Below, piece by piece: positions 51,817-64,000 of a DNA stretch of 64,000 bases (position 1 is the stretch's first letter; each line of letters starts with the position of its first letter). The stretch lies in NCBI GenBank assembly GCA_001662655.1, contig KV460212.1. One strand, 5' to 3'. The notes beneath the pieces are model-generated. The model searched no databases and was not told where the DNA came from. It was given only the letters and a program-made list of their open reading frames with translations. The position numbers and the translations under genes are program-made. Source of the DNA: Pseudogymnoascus verrucosus (taxonomy: Eukaryota).

Positions 51817-54609
51817 TGGTGGGATGGATGAGATGAGGTGTTCAGCGGCTGGAAAGGGGGGTGCTCACTCGTTGGCTGGTTAGCTAGTTTGTGGTTATGT
51901 GTGCTGCTGGGAACTGGCGGGACTGGCTGGTAGTACAGAACCACACCTACATACATAATTAGGTGCAGGAGATATAAGATCACAACATCCCCCCGCACCT
52001 CTGATCAAAGACATATACCCAAGGCTGCGTCTTTCATCACCTTTTTCTCCTGCAGCCACAATTCTGAGGCACCTCTGTACGTCGGCGCCAACACCACGTG
52101 CGGTTAACCCTTTCGGTGATGTGATAATGGATTTGCTGTACATCATGTTGTCACCGCACCCGGACGGTGGGGGTCAAATTGGGGAAGCCGCTGCTGTTGG
52201 TGCGGGGGTCGTGCGGGGGTGCACATACAATGCGAACCTCCACGGCGCTGTTGCCTTGCGACATGGGGACTAGTGCATATAGTCGCGGGGTAAGTAAGGC
52301 TGACGGTGATAGGTGTTCTTAGTAATGTCGCGCAACAGCCAATTCACGGCTGAGAAAGGCGAACTGTGTTCCTCTACTCTGTGCTTCTCTGTGCTTCTCT
52401 GTGAGAGTGTAAGGAGGCTTGTGGAATGGCCCCGTCTGGCAGGTTCATGTCAAAGATGAGGAGTCCCAATATAGCTGGAGGTGCCGCTATATCGTCGTGT
52501 GTATCAAGATTCCAAAACCAGACCTGTCGGCGGCCGATGAGCCGGAAGCAAGGTTAGTGATCGCGGGGCTGTGCAGGACCTGCAAACTTACGCAAAATCT
52601 TAGCCTAATCCGGCTATACAAATATGAGGGCTACCTCAGAAAATGCGTAGTGCGGCGGCAAGGCAACCACTTCTACTCTGGTCCCACGTAGCCTGGCGGG
52701 TTAAGTGGTCCACGTTTTAGTAACCCACTGCTCGAGCCGCTTCTATGGAACGGTGTGTGTCCCACTATCTCAGATCTGCTGCCATGTTACTCGTTAACCT
52801 CGTCGATAACCAGAGTGGAAGGTTCAGTTCATGCACATTGCGCACCGCTACTACATCATAGATGGCTTACGCTTCCATGTTCTATTCGTGTGGGTGGTTC
52901 GGCACGTTCCCGCGGGATTCCTTGCATAGATAGCGGGCCATGTAGGTCAGTGAACTCCTCCTAGGATTCTAAGATGGCGTAGGTTTGGAACCGGACTTTA
53001 TGCAGTATTTTGACGCCATGGAATGCCTTGCATAGATCCTGTTCCGACTTCGGTGGATGTTCGAAGCTGCACACTGAATTATATTCCCTTGCCTCCGAGT
53101 AAAGCCGATGATCGTTCCTTACTAAATCAATAGACAGAATATTAAATCCCTCATTCAGACGGTCTATCAGATTGATAACGATGGATCTAGCCTCTAAGGA
53201 CCTATTCTCTCCCACCCTTTTCCCCCAGTTCAAGGCAACTAGCCCATTCCAGAACAACCATGGAGTTATTCCGTCCTAGTTCCAAGAATGTTCTCCCATG
53301 GTGTTGTGCCACAATGTGGGCCAAGAGGTTGTGCTTGGCCTACACGCCACGACGCGGGGCAACGTATCGTGTTCGAGAAGTTGACCCCGTGACAGGGGTC
53401 CTGAGACCTGGCAAGGCTGTGTCGATGATCGAAAATATCAAGAGCATATGCGCACGTCATGAGGGCTGAATTGCTCAACTAACATCGGGGGTGGTGTGCT
53501 GGGTGAGAATTGGTGTGGTGGGCAGCCCTGTGGGATCGCAAGACAGGTCTCGGTGAGTTAGTGGGCATTTTCAAGGCTCGGTCCATTCATTTGGGTGCCT
53601 CAATATTGTAGACAAAGGTTTGAATGCAATGGGAGACTGGGAATATATGTAAAAATCAATGCTTTGTACCATGTGGCTTGTTGTAATTGAAATAAACTGT
53701 GGCTGATCTCTTTGAAGGACCTGCCGCTTCCACTCACCGAGTAAGCCAAGGATACACAAATTGAAACATCTATTCAAGTATCAGCTTTGTAACCTCGGTA
53801 ACATGGAATTTGCCTTGCATAGCCTCTATTATCATCTGAGTAGGATCTAGTGGGCTACATGGCAAACATGGCACACGTCACCAAGATCATGTCAGTTCTC
53901 ATTTCAGTAACTGTTGACATGTTCGTAGTGATCGAGTCTCCCCCCACATTACTCTATTGCAATTTATTGCTGTTAAATTGAATACCTTATGAATTTGGGT
54001 GTTAAAAATCCGAATGGTATTGTTGTAATTAATCCGTGGTAGTTGATAAACTATTTTTTTGAGAGGATATTCGGTAATAATTTAATTCTCATAAAACCCG
54101 TCAGGGAAAAATATATTCCACCACAGAACCCCAAAACCTTTCGTAGGGATGTAAAACAAACAGGTTAAATCTTCCATATAATCCAGGCCACGCAGGACAT
54201 ATCAACAAGTGATTATAGTAATTGTAACTTTTTGTCTTGACTTTAATGCCCCAGTGGTTAAAACTGGGCTGGGGAATAGTCAACAGATCACGTGATACAG
54301 GCTCATTTCGCGTTTCTACCTACCTCACCAACGCCACTACCCCTTGATATTATACCGCCCACACATCACTACAAGATAAGAAACCTTTATCGATGTCTTA
54401 AGTCCTTTAACGGGACCATATTTCAGCATTTGTGTTGTATTTTGAGGAGTTTTGTCTAGTTTGCGTTGTAATTTCGACGTGAATCTCGAAGTTTCGTCAT
54501 CGTTTCCTCTATCTTGTTCTTGAGTGCAGATCTCAGCAAACAGCTTGACTGCAACCAACCTCACAGAACCTACATTCAACAACGCCCAAAACTGCAAGTA
54601 ACCGTCAAG

Positions 54610-56109
54610 ATGTCGTACCGCGTTGGTAAGGTACCTCTTTTTAGATTCTAGTCTCTGTTTGGCTGTTTGCTGCCACATCCGCAGAAGTAAACAAAAGAAC
54701 CCACTAACCCTTCTCCCAGAAATTGCCAAACAAGGACGTGCCGGGTGCCAGAACACGCCTTGCAAGGCAGAGGGTATCAAGATCCAGAAGGGCGAGTTCC
54801 GCTTTGGGACATGGGTCGAGATGGAGCACGGCGCGAGCTTTCGGTGGAAGCATTGGTAAGTTGTTTGTTCCTTATTTGGAATTCGTTTTGATGGGGCTGA
54901 TTTTATGGGCAGGGGATGTGTGAGTGGATTCCAGATGCAGAATCTGCGCGAGTATCTGAAGCAGGGAGATCCGGATGGAGAGTACCAGTGGGATTTCATG
55001 GATGGGCTCGACGAGGTGCCGGAGGAGTATCAGGAGAAGCTCAAGACAGCTGTTATCGAGGGGAAGATTGCGGATGAGGATTGGAAGGGGGTAAGATTTC
55101 ACCCTGTCGTGTTTTGTTTGCAAAGACTCACGTATTCAGGATCCTGCGTATAATGAGCTCGGACAGAAGGGCACGCAGCCCAGAGCTAAGAAGGCCAAGA
55201 AACCTGCAGAGGGCGAAGATGAGATAGTGCATACCCCTCGCATCACAGCCAGATTACCATGCTAATGAATTTTAGGATGCCGAAGGTGCAGCTCCTACCC
55301 CTGCCACCAAGAAGCGCGGTCGCGGCAAGAAAGCCGAAGACAGCGACGAGGAGGACGCGAAGCCAGCCCCAAAACGCGCTAAGAAAGCGAAGAAGGAGGA
55401 AGCTGACTCTGAGCCTGCACCCAAGAAGGAACCTGCGCCCAAGAAGGAGCGTCGCAATCGTGCCACGAAGAAAGAGGAATCTGATGAGGATGTCAAGGCC
55501 GAGTCGGAGGATGAGGTGATGCCGACCCGGACATCTCGATCTAGGAGAAGCATCGCGAAGAAAGAGGAATCTGCGGATGAAATGGGGGTTGAAGATGAGG
55601 CAAAGCCTTCTGTTGAGGTTAAGCCAGCGAAGAAGGGACGCGCTAAAAAGGTCAAGGCAGAGGCTGTCAATGAGAACGGCGCTGCTGAAAGCCCTGTTGA
55701 GGAGGCGAATGGCCGCGCTAATGCTACCAATGGGGCCAAGAAAGAACCTAAGGAGGGGCCAGCGGGTGTTAAACCAGAACCGGAGGAAGATGATGTTGTG
55801 GACATGTCTGGTAAAGCTACTAAACCCCGTGCGAAGAAGGCCAAGCGCGAGTCTATCAAGAAAGAAGAGCGCGACGACTCAGCTGTTGCTTCGCAGGTGA
55901 AGAATGAGGATGCGGATGTGGTGGATTTTAAACCAAAGCGGGGAAGACGAGTCAAGAAGGAGGAAACCCCGGAGGTGAATGCTGAGGACATCGATGATGA
56001 TGCTGAGGCGGAAGAGGAAGAGACGCGTGGGAAGAAGAGAGCGAAAGTCGAGCAGACTGAGGAGGTGAAGCCCGCTGCGAAGACGAGAACAAGACGTAGT
56101 AGGGGTTAG
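54610..56109 (+). CDS. PARP-type zinc-finger protein (Hpz1-like) with a charged low-complexity tail, 5 exons (54610-54625, 54720-54855, 54913-55090, 55140-55226, 55276-56109), ~416 aa
   Basis: YRVEIAKQGRAGCQNTPCK..KIQKGEFRFG..WKHWGC (C-x4-C...H-x2-C); Lys/Glu-rich tail with KKRGRG NLS/AT-hook-like motifs. Confidence 0.85.
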
Positions 56110-56933
56110 ATGGCTTTTGAGGGCTTGGAGGGATGGGGTTGGGTTGATATGCTCGGGGATGGCGATGGTATACTCACATGGATGGAGGTAATCAAAACGA
56201 GCTGTGCTGAAGCTGGCATTTGTTGTAACATATTTCTTGGGCAATGCAGCATGCACGAGATCATATACCTAGATAGCTAGCCATATATATTCCTACGGGC
56301 TCTGATAATACATTTTAATACAGCAGCGGTATACGCCTCTCACTATCCCTATTTTCTCCCGCTCCCTCTGCTATTCACAGTGACTGACGTCCCTTCTGCT
56401 AATCACAGCAACCGACGCCCTCCCACGCCCCTTCAGTCCCTCAAACGCCAAAACAACAACCGAATCACCAACACCGCTTAATACAGGCAAAAAATTACCA
56501 AAAAATCAATTGCTCCGGATCACTTACAGCCGGAACATGAACCTGAGCGGGGGCCCGCTTGTCTCGAAGGCGCCCCCCAAACTCGTAGTTCTTCCCCCTG
56601 AGCCACCTGGTGTTTTTGTTAGGGGGTGGAAGGGTATTTGGGGGTATATGGTTTGGTTGTGAAGAGGGGATTGGGGATTGGTTTATATTAGGTGTGCTTG
56701 AGGGATATTCCCAATTCAACATATTGGCAGATTTTAGCACTTTGATAGTCGAAGACTGTGACAGGTCCACGCAAGACGTGTTGTTAACTGCACTCATTCA
56801 TACTCCTACGCTGCAGAGCATATATTACGCTTTCACATCAACAGTCGTACGTCGTGAGAAAATACTACTGTATAAAGTGTGATTCTTCATATCTAAAGAC
56901 ACACTAGATCTTCTCGACCCCATCTACGTCACC

Positions 56934-58871
56934 TCACTCAATCTCCATAACCTCTCTAATAACCTCATGTCCATCCCCCCACGCCCCTTCCGTTCCGTCA
57001 CTCTTTCCCACTTCTTCAATAACCTCCCATATCCCCCTATCCTCCCCACCCACCTCCCACTTCACCACCCTACTCTCCTTCCCACTCTTAACCTTCAACT
57101 CCAACCTCCCCTCCACAACCACAACCCCAATCTCCCTCGACTTCCCCCCCACCTCCTTCCTCACCAAACACGGACTCGCCGTCTCCCTCCACCCCTTCAA
57201 CCCCTCCCCCACCCCCCCCTCCTCCCCCTTCCCAACAACAGCACGCACCACCGCACACCCCGCTGCCCACCGCAAAAACGTCCTCACCTCCTCCACCGAC
57301 GGATTCGGCGGCGCCCGACACACCGCCGCAAGCGCGGGCGTGATCTCAACGCGGAAGCGAGTCTGGATCCCCAGATCGGAGCGGAGCTTGATAGTCACGC
57401 TCTGGCCCGCGGGTAAGGGGACGAGGAACTCAGCCTCGCGCGAGGAAAGGAGTGCCGCGACGCGTTCTTCTGTGGAAGTTGCCGCGGTCAGGGTGGCTGG
57501 GACCAGAGTCGCGGCGGGGACATCAAGGGAGGCGGCGCAGAGGGTGGTGGTTAGGGAGGCGGTAGTGGCGCGCAGGGCGGCAAGGATGCCGATGTGGTGT
57601 TCGTATGCGAGGAGGGGGCGGAGGAGGGCGTAGGGTGGGTTTGGGCGTGGGGCGGAGCTGATGGGGGGAGGGGGTTGGGTGCGTCGACGTTGGTTCTGGC
57701 GGTGTGCGTGGCTGAGTTCGAGGTGGAGGGCTAGGGAGAGCATGGTTACGATTTCGTCATGGGGGCGGGGTTCGGGAGTGGTGGTAGAGGGGGAGGTGGA
57801 GAGGGGCTCGAGGCGGAGGAGGATGCGGGTGGTGGGGGTGAGCTGGCAGGAGATCTCGTCACCGGTCATGCGGACGCTGTGGTTGGCGAGGGTGCGGGCT
57901 TCGCGATTGAGTTCTTGCCAGAGCTCTTCTTCGAAGACGGCGTTGCGGGAGCGGAGGACGAGGGTCTCGAGGGGGGAGGAGTCGGGGGCGGAGGTTGAGG
58001 GGGCGAGGGCGCCGGTGAGGATGCCGTTGGTTTCGATTTGGATGAGCACGCGCTTGGGGGTTGGGTCGGCGGCGCCGTGGTCGAGGTAGGCGGTGCCATC
58101 TGGTTGGCGGCGGAGGGCGGCGAGGCTGCGGTTGCTGAACGCGGGGGCGGCGTCGAAGAAACCGAAGCGCACGCCTAGTGTGTGTTGTTCTTGGGGCAGC
58201 TTGCAAGTCTTCCAGCCCTTCTCGTCAACGGATAGAATGGCCTCCCAGTACTTTGTCTCGGCTGCGATTTCAGTCTCGAGGCGTGAGGCGGCGTTCAGGA
58301 TGGATTCGACGCTGGTGTTGAAGCTTTGGATCTTCCAGCCCTTCCCGACAGCGGCAATGTCCTTCTTGCGAGGCTCAGTGAGGCGCGTGTCCTTGACGCG
58401 GTCAGCACCGAGAGTACCTAATGAGACAACCTGCCGCAGGCCATCTGATATCGAGAGGCCGGCTTGTACTGGTTGGTCTTTCGACAGGAGAAGCGCAACG
58501 AAGTCGAGTGCGATCATTGAGGCATGGTGTGCTTGTCTGGGAGGGTGGCGTTAGTGAATATCCTGTTTGCAATTGCATATCGGCGAATCTCACTCTAATT
58601 GGGCCAGCATCTCGGCCTTCGCGTCCATCACTTCCTTCTGGCGATCAGGCGCTGCTTCGGTCTCATCCTCGGTGCTCATGTCCTCATTGTCTGCGGCAGC
58701 CTCATTCTCGCCCTTTGCAATCTCTTCCAGAAGGTCTTCTTCGGTGAGGTTCCTGAATTGGCCTCTTTCGGCATTGATTCGAGATATGAGAGTCGGAAGC
58801 GCAGAGCCATTGCCTTCTTTGGTGGGCCATGGTCGCAAGGACATGGGGAAGTTGTCGGGTATGCCGCTCAT
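56934..58871 (-). CDS. MED17: Mediator subunit Med17/Srb4, 2 exons (58871-58594, 58536-56934), ~626 aa
   Basis: LPTLISRINAERGQFRNLTEEDL; ALDFVALLLS; GWKIQSF..AASRLETEIAAETKYW; LGVRFGF; RNAVFEEELWQELNREA. Confidence 0.88.
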
Positions 58872-59679
58872 TGTGGTGTTTTTGGCGGTTCAAACGTTAC
58901 TGGTATGCAGTTGCCGCCCTCACTGTCTCCTAGGAAAACAACTGAAGAGCAGCAAATAAGCAGGAACAGTTCACCGAGCTCTCAAAGAGCTATACCAATC
59001 AACAACACCACTGTCTGAAGCTGTGATATTCTTAGCGCTAGCCGCCTATCAACAACCCACCTACTACCATCACCACATAACCACAGCCTGCGAGCTAACG
59101 GGACAATCGGACCGACACTTTTTCCGATCAGCTTTAAAATGCCCACTGGTAATTATGTAAGCGGCCGATCGGCCGCCGACGCTACCAAGTACCCACCTAC
59201 CACCGTTCTTCGTACGTGTACATGCGCTGGTGAGCAAATGCTATCACCCAATCTCAAGCTATCAGTGGTCACTGAGTGGTCAGTTAGTGCTCCATCACTC
59301 TATCCTGGCAATCGGCGAACACCAAAAAGTTCAACCTCAACTCATCCCACCCACTTCTAGCCCCACCCTTACAGCATCATACTTTAGAATTCTTGTCACA
59401 GTTGCCCCTCACTCCCTACAGCTCAATAATAATCTTTATCTCCCTCAAATATTTGTCCTTTTCTCTAGAAACAATATCCTCGAATATCGAAATAACCTCA
59501 TCTTTTTCCTGTACATTCTACCCCCGAAGTGATCGTAGATAGCACAGTTCTGTGACGTACATACACCCCCACCTTCCGTATCTTCCCTTGGCAGCTTCTC
59601 ACAGCATTTTAGGCCCCAGATCGGGTTTTGCGCAAGTTCTACCTATTATTATCGGCACGAACTCCAAGAGATCGCAAAT

Positions 59680-62193
59680 ATGGGCATGCTCGATCCCAGA
59701 CCGAATGGCCAGAAGGCCGAGTTGCTTCCCAATGGCAAGAGACGCAAAATTGCCATGATGACGAGTGGCGGTGATGCGCCCGGAATGAACGGAGCTGTAC
59801 GAGCTGTCGTCCGATCCGCCATTGACGAAGGCTTCGACGCATACTGTATATACGAGGGCTACGAGGGCCTTGTGCAGGGTGGAGATCTCATAAAGAAAAT
59901 GTCGTGGGGCGATGTCAGAGGCTGGCTCTCCGAGGGCGGTACGCTGATCGGAACCGCACGGTGCAAGGCATTTTACGAACGCCCTGGGAGACTGAAGGCT
60001 GCCAAGAACATGGTTATCAATGGAATTGATTCCCTCATTATCTGCGGTGGAGATGGCTCCCTCACTGGTGCGGACAAGTTCCGATTTGAGTGGCCCGGCC
60101 TGCTGGAGGAGCTGGTGCAGACCAAGGAACTCACCGAAGAAGAGATCAAGCCCTTTATGCACTTGACGATCGTTGGTCTGGTAGGATCTATCGATAACGA
60201 CATGTCGGGTACGGATGTGACGATTGGTTGTTTCTCGGCGCTGGCACGCATTTGCGAGATGGTCGATTACATAGAAGCTACTGCGTCGTCACACTCCCGT
60301 GCGTTTGTTATTGAGGTTATGGGCAGGCACTGCGGCTGGTTGGCCTTGATGGCCGGTGTTGCAACTGGCGCAGATTTTGTCTTCATCCCCGAAAAGCCCA
60401 GAGCAGACAACTGGCGTGAGGAGATGTGCACAATTATCGCGAAGGTGAGTAACTGCCCTGGTTACCAGGCTAGCTTACTAATCCAATATAGCACCGCGGA
60501 GTCGGAAAGCGGAAGACTATTGTTATCATGGCTGAGGGTGCCAATGACCAACAAGGGAATAAAATAACGCCTGAACAGGTCAAGGACTTGCTCGCCGACC
60601 CAAAGGGCCTTGCACTCGATACAAGAATCACAACCCTTGGACACGTTCAACGTGGAGGGTCAGCATGCTCGTTTGACCGAACATTGGCCACACTGCAGGG
60701 AGTTGAGGCTGTGAGAGCCGTCCTTGATGCGAAGCCAGATACACCCACATGTTTCATCGCAATCAACGAGAACAAGATTGTTCGAAAGCCACTGATGAAA
60801 GCCGTCCGCGATACACAAGAAGTCGCAAAAGCTATTCAAGCCCGCGACTTTGACAGGGCGATGGGTCTACGTGATACGGAGTTCGCAGAGATTTATGCTT
60901 CTTACTTGATAACTACTGCGACATCTCTTGACAAAGCTTTGCATTTGCCATCCCAGAAGGTTTGTACCCACAGTCCCCTTACTAGGTCAATATGTCTAAC
61001 GCTTTTGTCAGTGCATGCGTATTGGTATCATCCACGTGGGAGCGCCGGCTGGTGGCATGAACTCGGCAACGCGAGCCGCCGTAGCATACTGCCAGACCCG
61101 GGGGCACACCCCAGTCGGCATATACAACGGCTTCGCCGGCTTTACGAGACACCACGGCGATGAGCCGCTCGGAGCTGTTAGAGAGTTCGATTGGCTCGAG
61201 GTTGACAACTGGGCTTCCAAGGGCGGATCAGAGATTGGCACGAACCGAGAGCTTCCAAACGACTCCGGAATGGCTACAGTCGCAGAGCTAATTGCGAAAT
61301 ACAAGATAGACGCCATTTTCATGGTCGGTGGCTTCGAGGCGTTCCATTCTATGTCCCAGCTCCGCAAAGCAAGGAAGGAATTCCCGCAGCTGGCTATCCC
61401 CATGGCTCTCCTGCCAGCTACGATATCAAACAACGTCCCAGGCACAGAATACAGTCTCGGGTCAGACACCTGCCTCAACGAGCTTGTCCGCTACTGCGAC
61501 ACGATCAAGCAATCCGCATCCGCCTCCCGCCGCCGCGTCTTCGTCATCGAAACTCAAGGCGGCCGCTGCGGCTACGTCCCCGTCCTCGCGGGCCTCAACG
61601 TCGGCGCCACCGCCGTCTACACCCCCGAAGAAGGCATCAGCATCGACATGCTCGCCGCAGACATCCGCCACCTCCGCAAGGCCTTCGCCGAAGACTCCGG
61701 GCAGTCCCGCGCCGGCCGCCTCATCCTCGTCGGCGAGAAGGCGAGCAGCGTCTACTCCGCCAAGCTGATCGCGGATATCATCCGCACCGAGGCGCATGGA
61801 CGCTTCGAGTCGCGCGATTCGATCCCAGGACACGTGCAGCAGGGCGGCACGCCGTCACCGATGGACCGCATCCGCGCCGTGAGACTGTCGATCAAGTGTA
61901 TTGAGCACCTTGAGAAGTTCGCGGGCGCGTCGGCGCGGACGATCGCGGACGATGCGCTGAGCAGCAGCGTGATTGGGATCCGTGGCGCGAGCGTGACGTT
62001 CACGTCGATGGAGCATGTGGAGTCCAAGGAGACAGATTGGGCGAATCGTAGACCGCTGGAGGTGTTCTGGGCGGATATTGAGCCGGTTGTTGATACGCTG
62101 AGTGGGAGGCCTGAGATCCCGAGGCCGGAGCCGGATGTGAAGGGGCAGAGGGCGAAGGATATTAAGAGAGGGCTTGTGAGAGGCCCTGTATAG
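59680..62193 (+). CDS. pfkA: ATP-dependent 6-phosphofructokinase, eukaryotic two-half type, 3 exons (59680-60444, 60492-60959, 61012-62193), ~804 aa
   Basis: [43 protein letters not shown]; regulatory half [23 protein letters not shown]. Confidence 0.95.
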
Positions 62194-63239
62194 AGCTAGA
62201 AATAGGGTTGTTTCAGTTGGGCTCAAAATTTGCACCTGTAGCACCTTTAGAATATGATGAACGAAAATATTTTTAACGGGGCTGGCTAGTTGTCGCGATA
62301 TTTCAGTATATTTGGAGTTGTTCCTGGCACTCATGTCACATGTCTTGGCGCTAAAACCGCTGCATTTCAAAATACATCGCCAAAACTCCTTTGGCTTCTC
62401 AACAACAACTGGACACCTGGCCATACGGCTCGGTATTGCGCAACGAATAATGACAACCAGTTTATCTCTCAGCTAAGTTCACGTGGCATGCAATCCGAAT
62501 CTCTCCTCTTTGTCTTTTTTTCTTCCGTTGCCGCTCGCGTCAGCACCGTTTCTTTGTTTTTCGAAGGTGTTGGGTTGAAATCACTCGCAACCTGCTACAT
62601 ACAGACTCTGCCTTTGAAGCAAAGATCTATATCGGACTGCCGTTTGCGGATTGATCTTATGGGTTACTCCTGCTTTCCAGATTGGCTTGAAGATGCAACT
62701 TGGAAAGAAGAACTGTCTACAAGGCCAAGCCGCAAGAGTAACCCATGAGATCGATCCTATATACTCGCGGTTGTAGAACGACCGCGAGTATTTAGGGGTG
62801 TCGATTGACTATCCTTCAAATGTCCCCAATACAATAGCATAGCTATGCTAATGCATCCCAAACCATGATACTGACTCTCTATTTCACCGCTTCCCTGTTA
62901 TTTGGCTTGTGTGCTTTCAAATGTACGAATTCGGAGTCTGCACCATTGACTTGGCTTGCGGTGGGCGACAATGGCACATCTCCTTTCAAAGAGTTATCGA
63001 GTTATTTCTTTGTCAACCTTCCGGATGCGTCGATCATTCAACTCTCATATGCACTCCTACGAGTTCCTCGCAATGTTATAATGGCGTCCTGGCCCCCTTC
63101 AAAGATTTAAAGAATTGGCCACTGCAGCAAACTTTGCGATCGGCTGATTCTATTGTCCATACATACTTGACATTATTCCCAAATCTCATTCAATCGTCAA
63201 AACACTTTTTTGCAGTCGCATAGGTCGACATCTATCCCA

Positions 63240-64000
63240 ATGGCTGCCATCCCGATAAGCCCTCCTCCATATGCCGAAAAAAGCCCCAGAACACCGCGGA
63301 AATCCAATACGAATCCCCTCGGAATTCTCAACTTTGGGACCCCAGGGAATACACCGAGGAAAATAACGAAACAACGCTCTCGACATGACACTCCAGGCTC
63401 GGTGGCCAATAAGGCATACTTCAGCGCTAGTCCTGATGTCGTAAAGGAATTCTTGGTATGCCTAGCAAAAGGATGGGCCCCTGAGCACACAAGTGGAGAT
63501 AGGCACCTTTGTGGAGTGTATGCTCTGCACCAATCCTTCCGAAGCATGATGGGCGGGACCCAAGCCTTGCGGGGATTCGGATTCAAGGCCTTGAAGGATG
63601 AAATCGGTAGCGAGAGGTTCAAGACATTTCACAGAAACGCCATAAGAAGCCGGATGGAAAAGTTCGGCTTTCAAGGGGCTGATTTGGATGAAGCGGTGAA
63701 ACAAGCAATAGACCAAGCAGGTTTTGGGAACAACGACTTCTATAGTGTCGAGGAATTGTCAGAGTTTGTTCGATATATCAACAGGATGTATAACGTTCAA
63801 TATCGGCTTGGAATCGTCTCAAAGTTTGACAAGCGGATACCATCGGCTTACATTGTCGAAGGCGACGACCCCCTCAACCAGCTACATTACCGAGTTATTT
63901 GGCTCTATAATATCGATAACAATCATTGGGAAAGCTTCGGCCCAAAGTCTAGCGAGGATGGCCGGAAAGCTCGACGCAAATGGAGGCTTCTAGAAAACTT
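63240..64000 (+). CDS. Hypothetical protein with an OTU-like (papain-fold) Cys protease domain; 3'-truncated by the window edge
   Basis: ATG 63240 opens a stop-free frame of 253 codons to the end of the window: MAAIPISPPP..HTSGDRHLCGVYALHQSF..FYSVEELSEFVRY..YRLGIV..RVIWLYNIDNNHWESFGP. Confidence 0.7.
   Translation, partial: MAAIPISPPPYAEKSPRTPRKSNTNPLGILNFGTPGNTPRKITKQRSRHDTPGSVANKAYFSASPDVVKEFLVCLAKGWAPEHTSGDRHLCGVYALHQSFRSMMGGTQALRGFGFKALKDEIGSERFKTFHRNAIRSRMEKFGFQGADLDEAVKQAIDQAGFGNNDFYSVEELSEFVRYINRMYNVQYRLGIVSKFDKRIPSAYIVEGDDPLNQLHYRVIWLYNIDNNHWESFGPKSSEDGRKARRKWRLLEN

Noticed and set aside
52900..53500. Short ORFs between the amidase and the PARP-finger gene
   Set aside because: Fragmentary on both strands with no recognisable motif; cannot be supported as a gene.

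Overview
Eukaryotic (filamentous ascomycete) genomic DNA with spliceosomal introns; a Leotiomycete/Pseudogymnoascus-like origin is my impression only and is unverified. I rebuilt 16 intact genes by hand (splice sites read from the sequence, spliced length divisible by 3). The conserved backbone is SQT1, lunapark, golgin IMH1, an SRPK/Sky1 kinase, BRR6/BRL1, GCV2, a PARP-zinc-finger protein, MED17 and PFK. There are also a small membrane protein, a WG-tailed hypothetical protein and a secreted amidase. Accessory content: (i) a compositionally distinct island (~22.3-29.3 kb) with a HeLo-like/NACHT/ankyrin fungal NLR head-to-head with a GNAT acetyltransferase and a small ankyrin protein; (ii) a RIP-inactivated hAT transposon ending at an assembly gap; (iii) an EST1/SMG6-like gene with an extra C2H2-like exon and no PIN domain, followed by ~9 kb of gene relics; (iv) a further ORF at the right edge, missed by the ORF track, with OTU-like Cys/His protease motifs. 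Native genes show a strong C-rich to G-rich strand-skew switch. I found no tRNA, rRNA or CRISPR array. Family assignments come from recognised motifs, not database searches.
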